Source: Oscillospiraceae bacterium (GTDB taxonomy: Bacteria > Bacillota > Clostridia > Oscillospirales > Oscillospiraceae). Taken from it: DNA of 64,000 nucleotides. The stretch lies in contig SVKZ01000003.1 in assembly GCA_015068165.1 (NCBI GenBank), positions 936 to 64,935 of the forward strand, in the 5' to 3' direction. Position numbers and translations under genes: made by a program. This document shows, in pieces, positions 45,988-55,745 of the stretch (positions are counted from its first letter, which is position 1; every line of letters begins with the position of its first letter). Under the pieces are notes generated by a model. The model made no database searches and had not been told where the DNA came from. It saw nothing but the letters and a program-made list of their open reading frames with translations.

Positions 45988-47892
45988 TCAGCTCCGCTTA
46001 AACTGCTTTTCCAGCTGCTTTTGAGAGAGGGAAATGCAGATGGGTCTGCCGTGGGGGCAATGCTTCAAATCTTCCCGGGACATTACCTCTTTCACAAGCA
46101 CCATCAGCTCTTCTTCGGAGGTTTGCCAACCGGCCTTGATGGCGGCTTTGCAGGCGACAGTGTGGAGAAGCTCGTCCCGGATGGTGTCCCCCTGCTCTAA
46201 ACGACCCTTTTGCAGATCGGATGCCAGGGTTTCCAAGGTGTCGGAAATTTGGGAAAGCTCTAAATCCATAGGAATTTGGCGGACAAGGAGTACATTATCA
46301 CCAAATTCTTCCAACTGGAAGCCGAGAGCTTCCAGCTGCGCCTTGTTTTCCAGCAAAAGCGCCACATTTTCCGGAGAAAGCCGGCAGGAAATGGGGGAAA
46401 TCAGAGTTTGGGAAGAGATCGCTTCCTGATTTTTCTTCAGTTTTTCAAAGAGAATCCGTTCGTGGGCGGCGTGTTTGTCAATAAAAAAGGCATCTTCGCC
46501 CTGCTGAACAAGGATATAGCAATTGTATAGCTCACCTACATATCGCCAGGGTTGCACTTCCGGCATTTGCAGTTCTGCTTGCTCCGGCGGCTCGGGAAGC
46601 ACAGGCGCTTCCGCTTTTTTGGGCAAGGCAGGTGTTACCGGAACGGGCTTTTGCAAGGGGGGCAATTGGAAACCGGGCGCCTGGGGTTTTTGCTGTAAGG
46701 AGGCGGTAGCCGTTCGCTCCACAGCGGCAGCGACGGCTGCGGCGGTCTGGGGAGAGGGACGGGGCGCTTCTTTTACAGCTGTGGTAAAGTTTTTATACTC
46801 CTGAGGGGTCATTGTTCGGAAAAAGCTTTCCTGCCGGGGCGCAGGTTTCGGCGTAGGCTGGGCAGGCTTTTCCGGGGCGGGGGTGAAACGAACCGCAGGC
46901 CTGTCTGTGGCTTTGTTTAGTGCCGCCAAAACGCCGTAATGGATGCAGTTGAAGGCGGCTTTTTCATTGAGGAATTTAATTTCCGTTTTTGCCGGGTGGA
47001 CATTCACGTCCACGGCATTCAACGGCAGTGTCAGGTGCAGCACACAGCCGGGGAATTTACCCTGCATCAGCTGATTGCGGTAGGCTTCCTCCAACGCGGC
47101 GGTTAGCTGCCGGGAACGGACAGGACGGTCGTTGACAAAAAAGGTTTGTAGCGCCCGGCTGGGGCGGGCGTCGGTGGGAAGGGTTACAAAGCCGGTAACC
47201 CGGTAGCCTTCCCATTGGCTGTCCACCGGAACCATCTGCCCGGCGGTTTTGCCGTAGATACAGTATAAAACATCCTGCAGTTTCCCTGTGCCGGGGGTAG
47301 AGAGAACCTCCTTATCATCCCGCAAAAGGCGGAAAGCAATCTCCGGGTGTGCCAGTGCCTGCAGCTGTACGGCGGCAGATACTTTGCTGCCTTCAACTGC
47401 GTCGGCGCGCATAAAGGCCATACGGGCGGGGGTGTTAAAGAACAGATCCCGGACAATAATGGTTGTGCCGTCCGGACAGCCGGCCTCGGTATCCTCCAAA
47501 ATCTCCCCAGCCTCCAAATGGAGGCTTGTACCGCTGATACTGTCCGATGTTTTGGTCAAAAGGTCAATACGGCTGACGGAGGCAATGGCGGCCAAAGCTT
47601 CCCCCCGGAAGCCCATGGTACCGATAGCGGCAAGATCGGCTTCTGTCCGCAATTTGGAGGTGGCGTGGCGCAAAAAGGCAACCCGGGCATCCTCGGCTTC
47701 CATACCGCAGCCGTTGTCCGTTACACGCAGGAAGGTCATTCCGCCGTTGCGGGCTTCCACGGTGATTTGGGTAGCACCGGCATCGACCGCGTTTTCTACA
47801 AGCTCTTTGACTACCGAGGCAGGGCGTTCTACCACTTCGCCGGCGGCAATCAGGTTGGCAATATGGGGAGAAAGTTTTTGGATTTTGGCCAT
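45988..47892 (-). CDS. mutL: DNA mismatch repair endonuclease MutL
   Basis: IAAGEVVERPASVVKELVEN, GFRGEAL, DKHAAHER, ACKAAIK, CPHGRP. Confidence 0.97.
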   Translation of the reverse strand: MAKIQKLSPHIANLIAAGEVVERPASVVKELVENAVDAGATQITVEARNGGMTFLRVTDNGCGMEAEDARVAFLRHATSKLRTEADLAAIGTMGFRGEALAAIASVSRIDLLTKTSDSISGTSLHLEAGEILEDTEAGCPDGTTIIVRDLFFNTPARMAFMRADAVEGSKVSAAVQLQALAHPEIAFRLLRDDKEVLSTPGTGKLQDVLYCIYGKTAGQMVPVDSQWEGYRVTGFVTLPTDARPSRALQTFFVNDRPVRSRQLTAALEEAYRNQLMQGKFPGCVLHLTLPLNAVDVNVHPAKTEIKFLNEKAAFNCIHYGVLAALNKATDRPAVRFTPAPEKPAQPTPKPAPRQESFFRTMTPQEYKNFTTAVKEAPRPSPQTAAAVAAAVERTATASLQQKPQAPGFQLPPLQKPVPVTPALPKKAEAPVLPEPPEQAELQMPEVQPWRYVGELYNCYILVQQGEDAFFIDKHAAHERILFEKLKKNQEAISSQTLISPISCRLSPENVALLLENKAQLEALGFQLEEFGDNVLLVRQIPMDLELSQISDTLETLASDLQKGRLEQGDTIRDELLHTVACKAAIKAGWQTSEEELMVLVKEVMSREDLKHCPHGRPICISLSQKQLEKQFKRS

Positions 47893-47896
47893 AATC

Positions 47897-48595
47897 TCAC
47901 CTCGCGGAGTACTGATAAATCATAGCAAGGACATTGACAAGGGTGTGAAACAAAATAGGGGCAAATATTGTGCCGGAGCGAACATAGGTAAAGCACAAAA
48001 CAATACCGGCCGGCAAATACTGCAAAAATGCCAAGGCAAAGTGCAGGGGAGAGTATTCTCCAATAAATCCAATCAGGTGGATCATAGAGAACAGGATAAT
48101 AGAGGTAAAACAGGCGATAACAGGCCGTTTTTCATAGATATAGTTAAACAGAACACCACGGAAAAGCAGCTCCTCGGACATCGGTACAAGCAGAACTGTG
48201 CCTACGGCAATCAGGGCAAACTGATTTTGCGACATTGCGCCGATATTCTCGTCGTTTAAGTTGAGAAATTCCGGGTCGATAAAGGCTACCAAGTAGCCGA
48301 TACCGGTGGAAATTACATAATACAGTCCATAACCGATGGCAAGGGAGGAAAAAATCTTGCCGGGTCTTTCCACAGCAATTTCCAGCTCTACCCAAAGAAA
48401 GTTCCGGAACAAAACCAGTACAGATATATAATTGATGAGGAAATAGGCAAAGTTCAGCTCCGCATCTGTAGGCGAGAGAGACAGAACTACGGTGCCAAGG
48501 CTCAGCAGTACCGGCAGCACAAGCTGCTGGAAGCAAATCAGCCCCAGTCCACGGCTAAATTCTGTTTTACTAAGGGGAACGGGAAGCTTTTTCAT
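47897..48595 (-). CDS. CPBP (CAAX-protease-like) intramembrane metalloprotease
   Basis: EELLFRG; FSMIH; HTLVN; multiple TM segments. Confidence 0.88.
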   Translation of the reverse strand: MKKLPVPLSKTEFSRGLGLICFQQLVLPVLLSLGTVVLSLSPTDAELNFAYFLINYISVLVLFRNFLWVELEIAVERPGKIFSSLAIGYGLYYVISTGIGYLVAFIDPEFLNLNDENIGAMSQNQFALIAVGTVLLVPMSEELLFRGVLFNYIYEKRPVIACFTSIILFSMIHLIGFIGEYSPLHFALAFLQYLPAGIVLCFTYVRSGTIFAPILFHTLVNVLAMIYQYSAR

Positions 48596-48596
48596 A

Positions 48597-51200
48597 TTAC
48601 TCCAACATTTTTTTAAGTTGATAAAGGGCGTTCATCGCCTCGATGGGGGTCAGCGTTTCCACACTCATTTCGGAAAGCGCATCACAGACCTGGCGGTAGC
48701 GGAGGTCTTCCATACCAACCTGCTCCTCTAAGGCGGGGGCAGTGGCTGCATACGCCGGCTTTTCGCCATTTTCCAATCCCTTAAGAATTTCCCGGGCGCG
48801 GCGTATCACACTGTCGGGCAGGCCTGCCAGCTTGGCAACCTCCACACCGAAGCTATCGTCGGTAGAGCCGGGGATGATTTTGCGAAGGAAAATCATCTGA
48901 TCGCCACGCTTTTTTACGGCGATGTTGTAATTTCTTACGTTAGGTAGTTCGTTTTCAATGACGGAAAGCTCGTGATAATGGGTGGCAAAGAGGGTTTTGG
49001 CGCAAAGCTGCCGGGGAGACGCGGCATATTCCAGCACGGCTCTTGCAATGGCCATACCGTCGTAAGTAGAGGTACCTCTTCCGATTTCGTCCAAAATGAG
49101 TAAGCTCCGGGAGGTAGCGTATTTCAAAATGGAGGCCACTTCTGCCATTTCCACCATAAAGGTAGACTGACCGGAGGCTAAATCGTCGCTGGCGCCGATT
49201 CGTGTGAAAATCCGGTCTACAATGCCGATCTTGGCACTGCGGGCAGGGACAAAAGAACCCATTTGCGCCATCAGCACGATCAGCGCCACTTGACGCATAT
49301 AGGTGGATTTACCTGCCATATTGGGGCCGGTAATAATAGATACCCGGTTGTCCTGCTCGCCCAAATGGGTATCGTTGGGGACAAACAGGGAGTCGGTGAG
49401 CATCCGTTCTACCACAGGATGGCGGCCGTCGGTGATGGAAATAATGCCGTTGTCAGAAATTTCCGGCCGGCAATAGCCGTTTTTCACGGCAACCAAAGCA
49501 AGAGAGCAGAGGGCATCCGCTTGGGCGACGGCTGTAGCAGTGATTTGAATACGACCGGCTTGCGCGGCAAGAAATTCCCGAAGCTCTACAAAAAGCTGGT
49601 ATTCCAGGGTAACAAGATAGTCTTTTGCAGACAGGACCTGCTGCTCCAGCTCCTTTAGTTCCTGGGTGATGTAGCGCTCGCAGTTAGTAAGGGTCTGCTT
49701 GCGAATGTAGTGTTCAGGGACTTGGTCGATAAAGGACTTGGAGACCTCAATATAATAGCCAAATACCCGGTTATAACCCACCTTTAAGGTGCGGATACCG
49801 GTTTTTTCTTTTTCCGAAAGCTCAATGGCGGCCATTGTGCTGGCACCGCCGTTTAAGATGTCTGTTAAACGGTCAACTTCCGGGTTTGCGCCGGGGCGGA
49901 TCAGCCCGCCCTCCCGAACGGTAAGGGGAGGCTCGTCCACAAGTGTGTTTTCAATCCGGGCGGCACAGTCCTGCAGAATGTCAATCTGCTGGCATAGCTG
50001 CTGTAAAAGGGGGGCTTGCATAGTAGAAAGGGTGGCGTGAATTTGGGGCAGAGCCCGCAAACCTCGTGCAAGACCCAACATATCCCGGGCATTTACAGAG
50101 CCGGTAACCACCCGGCTGGTAATACGCTCCAGATCGGAAATATCCCGGAGGGCTTCTGTCAGTTCGCCCCGTTGCCATACCCCATTCAAAAGCTCTTCTA
50201 CCGCATCCTGACGGTGCAAAATAGCGGTTTCATCCAAAAGGGGCTTTTCTATCCAACTGCGGAGCATCCGGCTACCCATAGCGGTACGGGTCTTGTCCAG
50301 CACCCACAGAAGGGTGCCTCTCTTTTCCTTGGAACGCATGGTTTCACACAGCTCCAAGTTTCGTCGGGCATCCATATCCAGCTCCATAAACTGACCGGTG
50401 GTATAGTACTGCAGATCCCGGATGTGCTCCAGAGGATTTTTCTGCACGAATTTCAAATGGCTCAGCAGTATTCCGGCGGCGGTAATGGCTTCCGGCATAC
50501 CGGCAAGTCCTAAAGAAGCCAGATCTTTCCCGAAATGTTGCGCCAAGATGTCGCTGGTCTCGCTCAAATTGGGAACGGTTTCGCCACCCTCATTCACACA
50601 GCAGGAAAGACGGCGGATCAGGGTGTCGCTGATTATGGGGTCAGTTGCGGCAGGTCCGCTACGGATGACTTCCGCAGGAGAAAATCTTCCCAATTCCGAG
50701 GAAGCTCCGGCGGCATCTGCGCAGACAGTTACAAAAAACGCACCGGTAGAAATATCACAAAAGGCAAGACCGTACCGCGTTTCAGAGCCGTACAGACAGC
50801 CCATATAGTTATTCCGGCTTTCATCCAGCATACAGCTTTCCGTAACCGTGCCGGGGGTGATGATGCGGCTGATGTCCCGTTCCACGATGCCTTTTGCCTG
50901 GGCAGGGTCTTCCATTTGCTCACAGATAGCGACTTTATACCCTTTGGCGACCAATCGGGCAATATAGGCATCTACAGAATGGTAGGGAACGCCGCACATA
51001 GGGGTCTGCTCTTCCTTGGGCTTACCTCTATCCCGGGTGGTCAGGGTCAGGTCCAGTTCTTTGGCGGCAAGACGGGCATCCTCGTCAAACATTTCATAAA
51101 AATCACCGAGACGGAAGAACAAAATACTGTCTTTGTTTTGTTCCTTAATCTGGTAATATTGGCGTTTCATGGGGGTCATTTCCGGATTTTTTGAGGACAT
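48597..51200 (-). CDS. mutS: DNA mismatch repair protein MutS
   Basis: TPMKRQY, FFRLGDFYEMF, GPNMAGKST, STFMVEM, DEIGRGT. Confidence 0.97.
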   Translation of the reverse strand: MSSKNPEMTPMKRQYYQIKEQNKDSILFFRLGDFYEMFDEDARLAAKELDLTLTTRDRGKPKEEQTPMCGVPYHSVDAYIARLVAKGYKVAICEQMEDPAQAKGIVERDISRIITPGTVTESCMLDESRNNYMGCLYGSETRYGLAFCDISTGAFFVTVCADAAGASSELGRFSPAEVIRSGPAATDPIISDTLIRRLSCCVNEGGETVPNLSETSDILAQHFGKDLASLGLAGMPEAITAAGILLSHLKFVQKNPLEHIRDLQYYTTGQFMELDMDARRNLELCETMRSKEKRGTLLWVLDKTRTAMGSRMLRSWIEKPLLDETAILHRQDAVEELLNGVWQRGELTEALRDISDLERITSRVVTGSVNARDMLGLARGLRALPQIHATLSTMQAPLLQQLCQQIDILQDCAARIENTLVDEPPLTVREGGLIRPGANPEVDRLTDILNGGASTMAAIELSEKEKTGIRTLKVGYNRVFGYYIEVSKSFIDQVPEHYIRKQTLTNCERYITQELKELEQQVLSAKDYLVTLEYQLFVELREFLAAQAGRIQITATAVAQADALCSLALVAVKNGYCRPEISDNGIISITDGRHPVVERMLTDSLFVPNDTHLGEQDNRVSIITGPNMAGKSTYMRQVALIVLMAQMGSFVPARSAKIGIVDRIFTRIGASDDLASGQSTFMVEMAEVASILKYATSRSLLILDEIGRGTSTYDGMAIARAVLEYAASPRQLCAKTLFATHYHELSVIENELPNVRNYNIAVKKRGDQMIFLRKIIPGSTDDSFGVEVAKLAGLPDSVIRRAREILKGLENGEKPAYAATAPALEEQVGMEDLRYRQVCDALSEMSVETLTPIEAMNALYQLKKMLE

Positions 51201-51202
51201 AA

Positions 51203-52615
51203 TCATCCACCCTTTTTCTGTATTCCTGTAAGGCTCCAAGTGCCGGAGTCAGTAACGGTCAGTTCTGTAAAACTGCCGATCAATGCGTCATCGCCGGTAA
51301 AACGGACAAGCCGTCCACCCTCAGTACGGGCGGTGAGCATATCTTTATCCCGTCCGTCAACCAAGCACCGGAAAGTCTTTCCTACATAAGCCCGGTGGAT
51401 TTCCTCGGAGATGGTATTTTGCAGGGCGCAAAGCTTGTCAAAACGGCGGTTTTTCTCCTCCCTTGGGGTGGGGTCCTCCATTTTTGCGGCAGGTGTGCCG
51501 ATTCGGGGGGAGAAAATAAAGGTAAACAGGGAATCGTAACGCACTTTTTCGATGAGAGATAAAGTCTCTTCAAATTCTTCTTCTGTCTCCCCGGGGAAGC
51601 CTACGATCACATCGGAGGTCAGCACCAAATCAGGCATTACGGATTTGGCGTATTCTACCAGAGAGAGGTATTTTTCCCGGTCATAGTGGCGGTTCATCGC
51701 TTTTAATACCCGGGAAGAGCCAGACTGGAAGGGGAGATGGAGCTGTTTTGCGATTTTAGGCTCAGTAGCCATGGTGTCAAACAGTTTTTTGCCTGCATCC
51801 CGGGGATGGCTGGTCATAAAACGGATGAGAAAATCCCCGGGTATGGCGGCAATCTGCTGCAAAAGATCAGAAAAATCAATTTCTATATCCAAATCCTTGC
51901 CGAAGGAATTGACATTTTGACCCAGCAGGGTAATTTCCCGTGCGCCACCGGCAATGACTTCCCGGCACTCGGCTAAAATATCCTCCGGGCGTCGGCTCCT
52001 TTCGCGACCCCGGACATAGGGAACGATACAATAGGTGCAGAAATTATTACACCCGTACATAATGGAAACCCAGGCCTTTAACTGGCTATCCCGCATTTGG
52101 GGGATACCCTCAGCAATAGAACCGGCCTCATCCTGGGTAAAATAGGTCCGTTTTCCGGTGGTTAGCACCTGATGCAGTAGCTCCGGGAAACGCCACAGGT
52201 GGTGGGTGGAAAAAACACCGTCCACATGGGGATAACTATTTTTAATCCGCAGGGCGACGGCTTCCTCGCCTGCCATACAGCCGCAGAGGAAAATTTTCTG
52301 TCTGGGGTGGCGACGTTTGGTGTGGCTCAGAGCACCCAAATTGCCGAAAACCCGCTGTTCGGCGTGTTCCCGGATGGCGCAGGTATTCATAATGACGACA
52401 TCTGCACCCTCTGCAGATCCCACAATGGCGTAGCCGCATTCTGCCAGCATACCCCGAAGCTTTTCCGAATCAGCTTCATTTTGCTGACAGCCGTAAGTTT
52501 CCACATAGGCTGTGGGAGCGACACCTTCGGAGCGCCAAAGGGCCTGTATTTTCTGACAGAAATCCATCTGCTTGGAAAGCTGTTCTTTTGAAATTACGGT
52601 AGTCTTTCCATCCAT
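51203..52615 (-). CDS. miaB: tRNA-2-methylthio-N6-dimethylallyladenosine synthase
   Basis: TYGCQQNEADS, NTCAIRE, GCM; CNNFCTYC radical SAM motif; LLGQNVNS. Confidence 0.96.
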   Translation of the reverse strand: MDGKTTVISKEQLSKQMDFCQKIQALWRSEGVAPTAYVETYGCQQNEADSEKLRGMLAECGYAIVGSAEGADVVIMNTCAIREHAEQRVFGNLGALSHTKRRHPRQKIFLCGCMAGEEAVALRIKNSYPHVDGVFSTHHLWRFPELLHQVLTTGKRTYFTQDEAGSIAEGIPQMRDSQLKAWVSIMYGCNNFCTYCIVPYVRGRERSRRPEDILAECREVIAGGAREITLLGQNVNSFGKDLDIEIDFSDLLQQIAAIPGDFLIRFMTSHPRDAGKKLFDTMATEPKIAKQLHLPFQSGSSRVLKAMNRHYDREKYLSLVEYAKSVMPDLVLTSDVIVGFPGETEEEFEETLSLIEKVRYDSLFTFIFSPRIGTPAAKMEDPTPREEKNRRFDKLCALQNTISEEIHRAYVGKTFRCLVDGRDKDMLTARTEGGRLVRFTGDDALIGSFTELTVTDSGTWSLTGIQKKGG

Positions 52616-52801
52616 AAGCGGGTCTCCTTTGCCGATACTACTCTAATGACACAGTATAACATTTTTTTGTGGTTTTTGCAAGGCTTTCCCGGTACAGTAA
52701 TGAAAATGTAAACAATTTGGAAATCCCTTGCAATTCGCGGGGAGAAATGGTAAACTGAAAAAGACTACTGGCTATCCTGTGGATGGCGGAAAGAGGATGC
52801 T

Positions 52802-54157
52802 ATGGATTGTAAATTTTGCGGAAAAGAAATTCCGGAGGATGCAAAAACTTGCCCGGAATGCGGTGCGGAATTTGAGCCAATAACGGCAGTACAAGAGATC
52901 GAAAATGATTCGATTGCGCCTATTGAGGAAATACCTGCCGTACAGAAAAAGAAAAAACCGGGATTGCCGGTATGGGCAATCGTTTGTATTGCTGTTCTTA
53001 CTACGGCGGTTGTAACGTTAGGTGTTCTTTGGGGGATAACAGAGCTTCAAAAGGCAACAGAGGAAAACCCTTTTACCATTTATACTGCCACGGATAAAGA
53101 GGTTGTTGCGGCGCGGGACCGCGTGGTTGCTACCGTGGGGGATAAACAGCTGACGATTGCTCAGCTACAGGTGTACTATTGGATTACCGTTTATTCCTTC
53201 ATGGATGAAAACAGTTACTACCTCTCCTTTCTTGGTTTTGATTATACCAAGGATTTAGCTACCCAAGAATGTTATTTTGAAAAAGGTATTTCCTGGCAGG
53301 AGTATCTTTTGAAAACAACATTGTCAACTTGGCACCAATATATGATGCTGAATATAGAGGCAGAGGAACAGGATTTTAAGCTTAACGAGGATGAACAGAA
53401 GTATCTGGATAATTTCAGAAAAACAATGGATGAGCAGGTTAAACAATATGGCTATGCGGATGCTGAGGAAATGATCCAGAAGGAACTGGGCGTTGGCGCT
53501 ACCTTTGATGCCTACGAAGCATACAACAAAGAGACCTTTGTGGGGATGGGTTATTACAATCAGTTTGCAGAAAGCCTGAAAATTACGGAGGAGGATATTG
53601 TCAAGTATTACGAAGACAATCAGACCACATTCGACGAAAATAAGATTAAAAAGGATGACACAGACTTTGCTTGGGTAGGTGTACGGCACATTCTTCTTAT
53701 ACCGGAGGCCACAAAGGACGAAAACGGCAAGGCTGTGTATACTGAAGCGGCTTGGGAAGCCTGCCGTAAGGAAGCACAGGCACTTCTGGATAGCTTCCTT
53801 TCCGGAAAAGAGGTAACGGAAGAGGTATTTGCGGAGCTGGCAAAGGAGCATACCGAAGATCCCGGCTCTAAGGACAACGGCGGCCTTTACGAGCAGTTCT
53901 TCCGGAACGAAATGGTGAAGGAATTTGAGGACTGGAGCTTTGACGCTACACGCAAGTACGGCGATACCGGCCTTGTAAAGACATCCTATGGCTATCATAT
54001 TATGTATTTTATCGAAGGCGAAGCCCAGTGGCATTACTATGCCGATGCCCAGCTTCGTTCGGATGCCTGTCAGAAGTTATTAGACGATCTAAAGGCAAAA
54101 TATCCTCTGGACGCAGATTACAATAAGATTCTGTTAGGCCATGTGGCATTGGGTTGA
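52802..54157 (+). CDS. Membrane-anchored parvulin-type PPIase (PrsA-like) with N-terminal zinc ribbon
   Basis: CKFC..CPEC; single TM helix; VRHILL, EDPGSKDNGG, MVKEFEDW, YGYHIM. Confidence 0.88.
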   Translation: MDCKFCGKEIPEDAKTCPECGAEFEPITAVQEIENDSIAPIEEIPAVQKKKKPGLPVWAIVCIAVLTTAVVTLGVLWGITELQKATEENPFTIYTATDKEVVAARDRVVATVGDKQLTIAQLQVYYWITVYSFMDENSYYLSFLGFDYTKDLATQECYFEKGISWQEYLLKTTLSTWHQYMMLNIEAEEQDFKLNEDEQKYLDNFRKTMDEQVKQYGYADAEEMIQKELGVGATFDAYEAYNKETFVGMGYYNQFAESLKITEEDIVKYYEDNQTTFDENKIKKDDTDFAWVGVRHILLIPEATKDENGKAVYTEAAWEACRKEAQALLDSFLSGKEVTEEVFAELAKEHTEDPGSKDNGGLYEQFFRNEMVKEFEDWSFDATRKYGDTGLVKTSYGYHIMYFIEGEAQWHYYADAQLRSDACQKLLDDLKAKYPLDADYNKILLGHVALG

Positions 54158-54179
54158 GAAAAAACCGTAAAGCGTTTAA

Positions 54180-54219
54180 GCGGGGCTTACTAAGACAGTA
54201 CTGTCTTAGTAAGCCCCGC
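54180..54219. repeat. Perfect loop-less 40-bp palindrome between convergent genes
   Basis: GCGGGGCTTACTAAGACAGT|ACTGTCTTAGTAAGCCCCGC. Confidence 0.9.
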
Positions 54220-54237
54220 CTTTGCTTTGCGGGCTTT

Positions 54238-54597
54238 TTACATAAATAGGTAAAAGGCAAGGGTAAGGAGCGCTGTGCCTTTTTCTTCTTCGCTGTCCCC
54301 CGCCATTAAAAGAAGCAACAGGATAATCAGCAAATCCCCTGTATCGAAATTTTGGGGCAAAAGGTGCCGCAAAAAGCTGGTGATTCCGCTCTGATATGGC
54401 GCAGAACAAAGGGTGGGAGGCGCCGGTGGAGGACATGGTGGCGTTTCCGGCGGCGGACAAGGGGGTATTTCCGGCTGGGGCGGATAATAGGACTGCGGCA
54501 TCTGAGGACGGGGTGGCGGCTGCGGTGGCGGGGAGCGGTCGGGCATTTTATCCCGGCGGTATGAACCGTCGGATTGGGGGGTATAACGGTTATACAT
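54238..54597 (-). CDS. Pro-rich hypothetical protein with hydrophobic C-terminus
   Basis: AGGTGA RBS; MYNRY start; GDLLIILLLLLMAGD motif. Confidence 0.7.
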   Translation of the reverse strand: MYNRYTPQSDGSYRRDKMPDRSPPPQPPPRPQMPQSYYPPQPEIPPCPPPETPPCPPPAPPTLCSAPYQSGITSFLRHLLPQNFDTGDLLIILLLLLMAGDSEEEKGTALLTLAFYLFM

Positions 54598-54602
54598 CTC
54601 AA

Positions 54603-54941
54603 TCACCTGCCTTGCCCGAGATTGCCTAAGAGTCCTGTGGCCATCCGAGCCATTTTTGCTGCCTGCATCGCTTTTTCCAGCTTGGTAATCCGGTGGGCAT
54701 TTATGTAAGGGCTTAAAGCGCTTAAAAGATGCTGCTGGTTTTTGTCCACACCGCCCTGGGTCATAAGCCCGGAGAGCTTTTGCAGCATTGCCGGGTCAAT
54801 GGAAGGCAGTGCCGGCGCTGGCGGTGTCGGGGCAGGCGGCGCTTCCTGGGGCGGCGTGAAATTTTGCGCCATCGCCATAATTTGCTGCATCATCTGGGGG
54901 TTTGACAGCACAGCGTTTAGCTGTTCTTCCAGTCCTGCCAT
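54603..54941 (-). CDS. Hypothetical protein (Q/M/P-rich)
   Basis: Tightly packed operon; LLSALSPY..KLEKAMQAAKMA. Confidence 0.7.
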   Translation of the reverse strand: MAGLEEQLNAVLSNPQMMQQIMAMAQNFTPPQEAPPAPTPPAPALPSIDPAMLQKLSGLMTQGGVDKNQQHLLSALSPYINAHRITKLEKAMQAAKMARMATGLLGNLGQGR

Positions 54942-54942
54942 A

Positions 54943-55167
54943 TTATTTCTCCAATTCCTTCAGCAGTGCCTGCGCCTGCGGAGAGGCCATCAAATCCCGA
55001 AGCTGCTGGGCTGCGTTTTCATAGTTGCCTTGCTGGGCTTGCCGGATTGCGTTGTCCAGAACTTGCTGGTCTGCTTGCTGTAAAAGTGCCGCAAGCTGCT
55101 TTCCTGCCGGAGAATTGGCGAGGCGCATAGCTTCCTTCATAGAAAAATCCTGAGATTTTTTCTCCAT
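54943..55167 (-). CDS. Small helical hypothetical protein (74 aa)
   Basis: AGGAGG RBS before ATG 55167; 1-nt spacing to the next gene. Confidence 0.7.
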   Translation of the reverse strand: MEKKSQDFSMKEAMRLANSPAGKQLAALLQQADQQVLDNAIRQAQQGNYENAAQQLRDLMASPQAQALLKELEK

Positions 55168-55247
55168 TTTATTGCCTCCTGTCAAAATGCCTGCTATAAT
55201 AGTCCTTATGGTATTACTATATGCAAAGCAGAAGGAGTTGGTGCAGG

Positions 55248-55745
55248 GTGCGAATTTTGGTGTTTTCCGATTCCCACGCCGGCCTTAGCTTTATGCGTCG
55301 GTGTGTGGAAAAAATGAAACCTGATACCATTATCCACTTAGGGGATTATTTTGATGACGCGCGGACTCTCTCTGAGGTGTATCCCTATATTCCAATCCAC
55401 GCCGTTCCCGGAAATTGCGACAAATACCGGCTGCTGCAGCCTGTGCCGGAAGTGTTTTGCTATGATATATGCGGGGTAAAGCTCTTTATGACCCACGGAC
55501 ACCGGCATAACGCGAAAATTACAACGGGATTGCTGATTGCAGATGCCGTGAGAAACGATGCAGCAGCAGTTTTGTACGGACATACCCATATTGCCGATTG
55601 CCGGCAGCTCCCGGATGGAATGTGGGTGCTCAATCCCGGCGCTTGCGGCTCTTTTGGCGGCAGCGCAGGCATTATTGAAACGGAGCAGGGGGAAATTCGG
55701 ACCTGTTATTTGATAAACGCTATGAATTTGGAGGAAACAGTATGA
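55248..55745 (+). CDS. YfcE/YsnB-family metallophosphoesterase
   Basis: SDSH, HLGD, GNCD, THGH, GHTH, NPG motifs; GTG start. Confidence 0.92.
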   Translation: MRILVFSDSHAGLSFMRRCVEKMKPDTIIHLGDYFDDARTLSEVYPYIPIHAVPGNCDKYRLLQPVPEVFCYDICGVKLFMTHGHRHNAKITTGLLIADAVRNDAAAVLYGHTHIADCRQLPDGMWVLNPGACGSFGGSAGIIETEQGEIRTCYLINAMNLEETV

